64,000 nt of DNA, taken from NCBI GenBank assembly GCA_964342815.1, contig CAYFHS010000001.1, forward strand, positions 211,849-275,848. The letters are read 5' to 3'. The position numbers and the translations under genes are program-made. The notes under the pieces are model-generated. The model was not told the origin of the DNA and searched no databases. It saw only the letters and a list, made by a program, of their open reading frames with translations. This document shows positions 56,929 through 64,000 of the stretch, one piece after another; position 1 is the stretch's first letter; each line of letters opens with the position of its first letter. The DNA is from an uncultured archaeon. GTDB lineage: Archaea > Thermoplasmatota > Penumbrarchaeia > JASLWR01.

Positions 56929-58575
56929 ATGAAGGCTAAGACAAAAATTCTGAGAGGGTTGATTGTACTTTTTGTAGTATTTTTCATGTTATTAATTCTG
57001 GCTCCAACTGGCCAGGCCGATAAGATCATTGTGAAGGAAATTCCCGGAGAGACTTATGAAAAAACCATCAGCACGGGAGAGGAAGCAACTTACATATGGG
57101 AGGTTAAGAATGAGGATCCGGTCTCCAAATACCATGTGATAATTGAACTGGGGGAAGAGAACGAAGATTGGCAGAGCGACATTTTTCCCTTCGATTTTGA
57201 CATAGAACCCAATGAGAATGTGACGGTGAAATTAACTGTAAGCACAGAATCACGTTTCGACGGAGATATGCAGGATCACAGGTTATACTTCAGGTTCTCA
57301 TCGGGAAAGAAGAACTCTACGGCAGATGCATATGCTAAAACGACCCAGGATATTCCCGAAAGCGAGAAGAAACTGACATTCAGCGGTATTGAAATCCCCC
57401 TTCCCGAGGCCCTCAACAACATGCTCGGTCGTTTCGCAGGCTCATTCCTGTTATGGGTTGCAATGGCACTGCTTTCGTGGTTCTTATTGAAAATAGTAAT
57501 GGCAAGGATTACAAAAAAGACTGTTACCGATCTTGATGATAAGGTCTTGGGCGTGGTGCAGACTCCGTTGATACTCCTGATAGTGCTCTATGGCGTGGTG
57601 GATTCCCTCGTATATCTGGAATTGACTCCGGCTACGATATCGCAGATAAAGACAGTATACGACTTCGGTTTAATGCTCATTACCATGTGGACTGCATTCC
57701 GCCTTTTCAGGATAGGATTGGAGTTCATAGCCGAGCGCTGGGTAAAAAAGAAGGAGTTTCATATAAAGTTCGTATTGATCCCGTTGATCGAAAAACTGGG
57801 CAAAGCTGTATTCTTTACAGTTCTCTTCATTCTTATTTTAGGTTTTTTCGGTGTGGATCTAACTGCCTTCGTGGCCGGGGCCGGGATACTGGGTCTAGTC
57901 GTCGCCTTCGCGGCACAGGATACCCTCGCCAATTTCTTTGCTGGTATATTCCTTATTATGGAGCCGAAGTTCAAGGTTAATGATACCATCACTTTTGAGA
58001 ACGAAGTTTATCTCGTTAGAACCATTGGCTTGCGCACGACCCAACTGTATGATATTTACCAGAACATGGATGTTATTGTGCCCAATCATACTCTTGCCAC
58101 CTCGAAGCTGGTAAACCTTGACGAGCCTGACAAGAAACTCAGGATAACACTTCACATTCCAGTGGCCTTTGCAACCGACATAGACAAGCTGGAAGAAGTG
58201 GTCCGGGATGTCTCTGACAGGCATCCGGATATTATCACCGACAACCCGACAAACGAACCGCTTTTGTATTTCAACGAGTTCGGCCCGTATTATCTGGATT
58301 TTGTTTTCATGTTCTGGATAGAGAATCTTGAGGACCGTTTTTTTATCCGACAGCGGGTTTTCAAATCGTTGTACAAGGGATTGAGGGATATGCAGATAGA
58401 AGTACCGCTGCCTCAGACCGTTTATTCGATTAGTGATGGTAAGCTGCATGATCACCCCTTGGTTGAGGGTATCGATGTTCAGGCCAAGCTCGATTCGTAC
58501 AAAGAAGGTGATCCGGTCCTTGATCGAAATAATAAGGCCCGGGTAAAAATGAAATTGGCAAAAAAACAGAAATGA
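56929..58575 (+). CDS. mscS: MscS-family mechanosensitive channel with an N-terminal extracellular Ig-like domain
   Basis: AGAGILGLVVAFAAQDTLANFFAGIFL...FKVND.I...IGLRTT...IVPN..L...LVN signature. Signal peptide and beta-rich domain before the TMs. ATG 56929 preferred. Confidence 0.9.
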   Translation: MKAKTKILRGLIVLFVVFFMLLILAPTGQADKIIVKEIPGETYEKTISTGEEATYIWEVKNEDPVSKYHVIIELGEENEDWQSDIFPFDFDIEPNENVTVKLTVSTESRFDGDMQDHRLYFRFSSGKKNSTADAYAKTTQDIPESEKKLTFSGIEIPLPEALNNMLGRFAGSFLLWVAMALLSWFLLKIVMARITKKTVTDLDDKVLGVVQTPLILLIVLYGVVDSLVYLELTPATISQIKTVYDFGLMLITMWTAFRLFRIGLEFIAERWVKKKEFHIKFVLIPLIEKLGKAVFFTVLFILILGFFGVDLTAFVAGAGILGLVVAFAAQDTLANFFAGIFLIMEPKFKVNDTITFENEVYLVRTIGLRTTQLYDIYQNMDVIVPNHTLATSKLVNLDEPDKKLRITLHIPVAFATDIDKLEEVVRDVSDRHPDIITDNPTNEPLLYFNEFGPYYLDFVFMFWIENLEDRFFIRQRVFKSLYKGLRDMQIEVPLPQTVYSISDGKLHDHPLVEGIDVQAKLDSYKEGDPVLDRNNKARVKMKLAKKQK

Positions 58576-58687
58576 GCATTAATGGGGCAAATGTCTCTGT
58601 GTAATCTGAGATAATATTGTATCGTTTCATGTTTTATCATCCACATAGCAAAATTTTTTATTTTAGGAGAAATATATATGTGGGAAC

Positions 58688-59734
58688 ATGGCAAAAACAC
58701 GATTACCGGAAGGTGCAAAGAGCTTGACGGCAAAGGTGTCCGTCATACCAAGGGACGCTATTTGCACAAATTGTATGAAGACTATTCGCACTGGAGAATG
58801 GGTGGTGGAATGTGGATGCGGAAGGAAATATAATATGGATTGCGCATTTGAGCTGATGACCTGTTCTTTCTGCGGAGCCGATTTCTACGATATGGACCTT
58901 TCAACCGAAAAAGAGAAAGTACCCATAGGACAGTTTTTAAACCACGTGGATCGCTATTACGAACGCTTGACCGATTCAAGAAAAGAACCAATTCTCACCG
59001 TACCGGTGCCGAGTGTAAAGCTGACGACCCCGGTGCGCACTAAACCCCTTCCATTCGTTTCTGCGAATATCCTTGGTAAGGGTACGGCAGCTTCGCATTT
59101 GCAGATGGAGCAGTACTGTGCCCGTGCGATAGGCATCCAGAACTCATTTATAACTGAAGCGACAAAGGCCCGTATAAACACAACCAAAGCCGTGAACAGT
59201 CTAACTCGGGCCAGAACCGCCCTGAAAGTGCATGATATAACAAACTCGCTTTCATTTCTCAAACAGGCAGACCAGGAGATAAAGAACAAGATAATCCATA
59301 CAATAAACATATCATCTCAGTTGATGAAGGATATCGAGAATGAGGGAGCCAACATACGTATAATAAGGAATCTTATAATAATGGGTTTCAATTCCCTGGA
59401 GGAAGGGAAGATTCTTGCATCATTGTATTACCTGCGTAGAGTGAACGAGGAGGTGGAGCGGATGAAAGCATCAGGTGATCCGGCTCACTATTTCGAGGGG
59501 GAGGATTTCTATTCATTGATCGGAGTCGAGAAAGATGCCGATTTTGGCACTATACGCAAAGCTTATCGAACTCAGATAACGGAACTTCACCCCGACAGGC
59601 ATGCAGAATCCGATGAAAAAACAAGAACGGCGGCCGAAGATAAGGCAAAAAGTCTCAACAGGGCATACAATACGCTGAAACGGTCCCAGGAAAGACGTCT
59701 TTACGATATAGCCATGGGTTTTTGTAAATATTGA
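58688..59734 (+). CDS. RING-like Zn-finger, helical repeats and C-terminal DnaJ (J) domain protein
   Basis: CTNC-x12-CGC-x4-N-x2-C-x6-CSFC; J-domain DFYSLIGV...IRKAYR...HPDRH...LNRAYNTL...RRLYD with an intact HPD. Confidence 0.85.
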   Translation: MAKTRLPEGAKSLTAKVSVIPRDAICTNCMKTIRTGEWVVECGCGRKYNMDCAFELMTCSFCGADFYDMDLSTEKEKVPIGQFLNHVDRYYERLTDSRKEPILTVPVPSVKLTTPVRTKPLPFVSANILGKGTAASHLQMEQYCARAIGIQNSFITEATKARINTTKAVNSLTRARTALKVHDITNSLSFLKQADQEIKNKIIHTINISSQLMKDIENEGANIRIIRNLIIMGFNSLEEGKILASLYYLRRVNEEVERMKASGDPAHYFEGEDFYSLIGVEKDADFGTIRKAYRTQITELHPDRHAESDEKTRTAAEDKAKSLNRAYNTLKRSQERRLYDIAMGFCKY

Positions 59735-59872
59735 ATCTTCCTTTATCCTATAGAGCTCCCCACTGTTCGAATATCGTCCTATAAAGTTTATATATTTACA
59801 ATGAGATACTTGGATTACTGTAAGGTAGGAATGGAACCAAATATTATTGAGCTTATGTGAGGGAAATATCGA

Positions 59873-61138
59873 ATGATCGCAGGTAAATATTCACGGATGG
59901 CCGTTGCAGCGATGCTCATTATGGGTCTCCTTATGGTATTGCCAGGACCCGCGGCGGGAGCCAGTATAGTTGTAAGGGGTGTCGACGATAGTGGCGAGGA
60001 CATAGGGGAGGATGGAATTTTCGATTTTCTTATCATAACGGTACAGCTTAACGTCGAAAACGGGGGTGACTATACCATCTACGGGACCATTGAACAAATC
60101 AACTCGGATCCGATAATGGCTCACAACATGTCACAGCTATCCATGGGCGACGGAATTCTCTCTGTGAAGATTCCGGGAGCAAAGATATTCGAATTAAACC
60201 GGAACGGACCCTACGATGTCACCCTGAGGATCATCAATAATAAGGATCATATTTCCCATGCGCATAAGACGAAAAGGTATTCCTACGAGGACTTCAACCC
60301 ATCGAGCGAACTGGATGTCCCCGTCCTACCGTTGGATAACGAGAACATCACACTGGACTTTGCATCCATCATGCGTAAACCGCACATAGAATTCTACCCA
60401 ACGCTACAGAAAGAAAAATATAAATTTTCCGTTTCCTTTGATCATATAATCGGTTTTGCGGATGACGGAGATAAGGTATATGGCCCGAATGATGATGTAT
60501 TGTTCAGGGGTGATCTCTCGCAGATTATATGGTTTCCCATGATATCATCGAAGGATAACACCTTCCGCCTGAGCATGAGCAATACGATAAAATTGCTTCC
60601 TCTGAAGGAAACGAACACTCCGGTGAACGTAACTGTGGAATTCATATTCAGTACTAACGTTCAGGGAACATACAAGAAGTTCGATATAGATCTGATACTG
60701 AACGAACCTGTGGAAGGGATCGATTTTTTCGCTCTCGAGCATCATCTTGAAGACCTCAAAGATATGACAGAGTTCAACTTCGTCGATAATGAAAGAACGG
60801 CAAGGGTACAATTCGTCAACGGCGGTCGTGAAGAGACTGCCTATTATGAATGGATCAAGGAGGCCGATAGCTATTCAGCAGCTGGTGAACAGACCGTCGA
60901 ACTCACCCATTCTTACAGCATCGACGGTTCGGTCATGAGCTTGTACATCAACTATCCCAATGAAGCCACGACCGACAGGATATTCCACGATCCCGTGCTG
61001 GGGATCAAGATGAAGCCCGCGGATCCGAACGGAGAGGTGAGCAAAAGCGGGCACAGCCCAGTACTTTTTGTGATAGCGGTTGTGGTAGGCGGTCTTTTCA
61101 TTCTTTATACTATTCATTCCCAGAGAAAAAGGGAATGA
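59873..61138 (+). CDS. Type-I surface protein, two beta-rich domains
   Basis: Signal peptide, DDSGEDIGEDGIFDFLIITVQLNV domain, second domain ending IFHDPVLGI, C-terminal TM followed by RKRE. Confidence 0.78.
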   Translation: MIAGKYSRMAVAAMLIMGLLMVLPGPAAGASIVVRGVDDSGEDIGEDGIFDFLIITVQLNVENGGDYTIYGTIEQINSDPIMAHNMSQLSMGDGILSVKIPGAKIFELNRNGPYDVTLRIINNKDHISHAHKTKRYSYEDFNPSSELDVPVLPLDNENITLDFASIMRKPHIEFYPTLQKEKYKFSVSFDHIIGFADDGDKVYGPNDDVLFRGDLSQIIWFPMISSKDNTFRLSMSNTIKLLPLKETNTPVNVTVEFIFSTNVQGTYKKFDIDLILNEPVEGIDFFALEHHLEDLKDMTEFNFVDNERTARVQFVNGGREETAYYEWIKEADSYSAAGEQTVELTHSYSIDGSVMSLYINYPNEATTDRIFHDPVLGIKMKPADPNGEVSKSGHSPVLFVIAVVVGGLFILYTIHSQRKRE

Positions 61139-61173
61139 AGGATCAGAATAGTTTTGGCACTTGGTAATAAAAA

Positions 61174-63270
61174 TCATACGAGCAGCATATTGGCTACCAC
61201 TACCGTTAAGGTGAATACCACCAGTGTCACCGGCAGTGTTCTCGCGAATGCGACCTTCACCTCAACTTTGTCGTCCCCGTACCTTATGTTCGTGCAGAAA
61301 TATATGATTATAAGTGCCGTGAAAAGAAGATATATGCCGATTATGAGTGAAAATATCTCCGCCGGTATGGGCGCGCTGTCTCCGAATCCCAGCTCAAAAG
61401 CTCCGATACCTGCCATGCTTGCAGTTTCATTGCTGGTTATGGGACCAATATCACCTATATTCTCCGTGAGCATGAGATAGAGGGCCGTGGTTATTCCCAT
61501 GATCAACGGACCGAAGACGGAGCCGGTGGTAAGCATCATGCTTCTTATTCCCGACAGATTGTTATCGATCTCTTTTTCAACACTTTTCAGATCGCGGAGG
61601 TATCGGGATATCTTGATAATCGTTGCCCCGGCCGTTGATGCATCCTTCTTTATGGATTCGATGACGGTTCCCATTGTAGCCCGGATTGTCCTCGATGGCA
61701 GGTCCGACAGGATTCCCATGGGGCCGAACAGTGCATCTTTGAGAGTGCTCCTTACTACCTGCAGGTTGTAGAACATCTGTCGGTACAATCGTCCGATATG
61801 GGTGCCTTCCAGGGTCTTCGAAGTGGATCGGAGTGAATCTTCGAACGCCTTTCCTTCTGCAATCCGGCTTCCAAGATGATAGAGCGCATCGGGAAATTCG
61901 TCCTCCATCTTCATTACTACCTCTCTTTTTCGCTTCTGGTGCTTACTGGTGCGGTGCGAGTAATTCACAACGGCCATGCCAGCACCCCATATGACCGGAA
62001 GCGGTGTCAGCGATCGGATAAGAGCATCCGAATCCTCAGTGAGCGACCGCATCCACAATATACTGAGGATCAATCCCAGTACGAAAATGGAAATGGAAGT
62101 GGCAATTATAAGGTTGCTCTTTTTTCTTGAAAGCGGATTTGGGATCATGGGGGGTACCGAGGTCCCCGGCCTGTTTCCCAGTATGTGGAATGCATAAAGA
62201 AAGGTCACCCCGGGGAACAGGATATCCATTAAAATTATTATCATTGGCAGCGAATTTGCCCCCACCTGCAGTAACGGAAGAAGTGCTCCTACGATCATGG
62301 GAAGCATTATTCCGAGAGAGAACAGCACCATTGTGGGACCGGTAAGTGAATTGGCAAATCCTTCCATCTGGCGTTTCGTCCCCTCAAGAATAACGTCATT
62401 TGCCGTGTCAAGCGCGCGATGTATTCCCTCTTTTGTTTTCTCTATGGCTGCGTTCCTTATGTTATAGAGAGCTCTTTTGAACTCTTCGGAGAACTCCCCG
62501 CAAAAGAAGGCAAAATCAAGAAATGATTCCTCGATGCTGTCGAATTCCCTGATGTACACGTTCCAGAGTATCTTTTTCAGGTTCGTAGATAACGGTTCGT
62601 CCACATTGTCCGAGGCGAATTCGATGGCCGTATTCAATGACGGATTGAGATACATGGACATTGACATGTAATTGATGGTCTCGGGAAGCCTCCCCAAGGT
62701 TTTCACCTGCACCTTTCGGGCTTTGTTCATTGGATATCGAAGTATCATACTGGCGATTATCGGAGGTGTCAGCAGTGTTACAAGAGCAATAACGAACATT
62801 ATTAGATTGCTGATCTCATATCCCAAGAAATTCAGCAATGCCAAAATTACCGAATCAATGAATAATAGAAAAGGGAATAGGACCATCAACGCGAAGTTCG
62901 AAAAGATCGGGACCTGATACGGCTCGATATCGTATCGAAGATATTTCAGTGAAAAGTTCAATTCATGCTTTTCGTACTTGATCTTGGCAGCTATAAATAT
63001 GTCCTGACAGAGATTGAAGCGGTTCTCCTCGTCCCAGTAAAGTTCATCGGTCTTCTGGAACTTTTTCTTTGCCTCTTTGAATTTAGCCTTGGCTTTTTCG
63101 AATTTTTTCTTAGCGCTTTCAAACTCCTTGTCGCGTTTTTCATCATACTGTGTTTTTTTCTTTCCCCTGTCCTTTCCGATCAATTTCGTTGCCAGTTCGC
63201 ACCCGTGTGTAAACCAGTTTCTATTGTAGAAACCTGCGCCAGATTTCATGGATTGACCGCTACTGGGCAT
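61174..63270 (-). CDS. Type II secretion/Tad (T2SSF, TadC/FlaJ-like) platform membrane protein
   Basis: Two T2SSF-like domains (LPETINYMSMSMYLNPSLNTAIEF; FPDALYHLGSRIAEGKAFEDSL) separated by TM bundles. Start 63270 or 63249 preferred over 63327. Confidence 0.85.
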   Translation of the reverse strand: MPSSGQSMKSGAGFYNRNWFTHGCELATKLIGKDRGKKKTQYDEKRDKEFESAKKKFEKAKAKFKEAKKKFQKTDELYWDEENRFNLCQDIFIAAKIKYEKHELNFSLKYLRYDIEPYQVPIFSNFALMVLFPFLLFIDSVILALLNFLGYEISNLIMFVIALVTLLTPPIIASMILRYPMNKARKVQVKTLGRLPETINYMSMSMYLNPSLNTAIEFASDNVDEPLSTNLKKILWNVYIREFDSIEESFLDFAFFCGEFSEEFKRALYNIRNAAIEKTKEGIHRALDTANDVILEGTKRQMEGFANSLTGPTMVLFSLGIMLPMIVGALLPLLQVGANSLPMIIILMDILFPGVTFLYAFHILGNRPGTSVPPMIPNPLSRKKSNLIIATSISIFVLGLILSILWMRSLTEDSDALIRSLTPLPVIWGAGMAVVNYSHRTSKHQKRKREVVMKMEDEFPDALYHLGSRIAEGKAFEDSLRSTSKTLEGTHIGRLYRQMFYNLQVVRSTLKDALFGPMGILSDLPSRTIRATMGTVIESIKKDASTAGATIIKISRYLRDLKSVEKEIDNNLSGIRSMMLTTGSVFGPLIMGITTALYLMLTENIGDIGPITSNETASMAGIGAFELGFGDSAPIPAEIFSLIIGIYLLFTALIIIYFCTNIRYGDDKVEVKVAFARTLPVTLVVFTLTVVVANMLLV

Positions 63271-64000
63271 ATAGAACGCGCCTCTCGAAGATATTGAGCC
63301 ATTCGTCGTAAAGGGTGCTGTAGTCAATTTTCTTGAAACTCACGTAATGCCGTTGTATCACATTCCAGAATATATTGTTGGCAGTGCTCACCGCCTCGAT
63401 TCCGAGTAGCTTAGGCTCGTTGAGTTCGTGTGATTTCTGGACCAGTGTTTGCTTGATCTTTGCCCGGATGTTGATATTCTTCATGACCTCTTCCATGGAC
63501 ATGCTCCAGTTCGAAGCAATGTTCTGCAGCAGCTCGCTTTTGAAATTGAAACCCTTGGTGGGTTCAACCATGTCCTTATCTGGATTATAGCTCATGAGAT
63601 CCATGAACATCTCGTCCTTATCGAGAGAGATGTCTTTCCGTACCTCTGCGATCTGGGTAACTCGTTTTATGGAATCCTGTATCCCGCTGGGTCTTGTGAG
63701 ACCCGCAACCACAATCACATCCGTGGCAGTGAAGGATTCCCTGTTGATGCCCATATCATAGACGATCCTCTCGAATACAGCTTTTGCGGAGTTCGCATGA
63801 AAGGTCCCCAGCACCGAACTGCCTGCAGTCCCTGCCCGCATTGCCTCGTACAGGGTCTTCGCTTCCTCGCCCCGGACCTCACCCATAACGATGGCCGATT
63901 CACCAAGCCGCAGTGATACCTTCAAGGCATCAACTGCGCTTCTCTCGCCCATGGACCCGATAGTGGACTGTATGAAAAGCGACTGGACCTTGTAACCCAT
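63260..64000 (-). CDS. Type II/IV secretion (VirB11/TadA/FlaI-like) ATPase, C-terminal part (5'-partial)
   Basis: ALKVSLRLGESAIVMGEVRGEEA (Walker B/Asp box region) and GTFHANSA (His box). The ORF continues beyond 64000. Confidence 0.9.
   Translation of the reverse strand: MGYKVQSLFIQSTIGSMGERSAVDALKVSLRLGESAIVMGEVRGEEAKTLYEAMRAGTAGSSVLGTFHANSAKAVFERIVYDMGINRESFTATDVIVVAGLTRPSGIQDSIKRVTQIAEVRKDISLDKDEMFMDLMSYNPDKDMVEPTKGFNFKSELLQNIASNWSMSMEEVMKNINIRAKIKQTLVQKSHELNEPKLLGIEAVSTANNIFWNVIQRHYVSFKKIDYSTLYDEWLNIFERRVLYAQ

Noticed and set aside
1-64000. tRNA, rRNA, IS transposase, integrase or intein
   Set aside because: I saw no T-loop/acceptor-stem pattern, rRNA signature, DDE or tyrosine-recombinase motif, or intein splice motif by eye. 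A tRNAscan/Infernal/ISEScan run would be needed to exclude them formally.

Overview
This is a 64 kb archaeal chromosomal window in the standard genetic code. I infer an uncultured Thermoplasmatota lineage from the gene content: a single Gins51-like GINS, NadX, an archaeal presenilin, membrane-anchored wHTH regulators, FG-GAP/cadherin surface proteins and a Tad/T2SS ATPase plus platform protein. I saw no rRNA, tRNA, CRISPR array or transposase. Four themes stand out. (1) A redox cluster at 36.5-50.6 kb contains intact hdrA, two NAD(P)H-module-containing hdrL, two mvhD and metV-metF. The hdrC and hdrB genes and a third mvhD have decayed to pseudogenes that the ORF track misses. This suggests an electron-bifurcating methylene-THF reductase in which MetVF has replaced HdrBC. 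(2) A GxGD presenilin homolog is about twice the normal size because a ~345 aa extracellular domain is inserted in the TM3-TM4 loop. It lies near a type-I membrane protein carrying a cytoplasmic double wHTH, so regulated intramembrane proteolysis is possible. (3) A surface-protein island at 22-35 kb holds a giant adhesin with two 7-repeat FG-GAP arrays, a cadherin-repeat protein with a polyproline tail, a duplicated gene-plus-promoter and a RelBE module. (4) An orphan wHTH gene sits beside four 23-bp-phased iteron-like repeats, and the same motif recurs upstream of a 1081 aa helical-repeat protein. That protein's repeat unit also appears in a RING-like/J-domain protein and in the adhesin tail. 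Family assignments come from recognising motifs by eye; no database searches were run.
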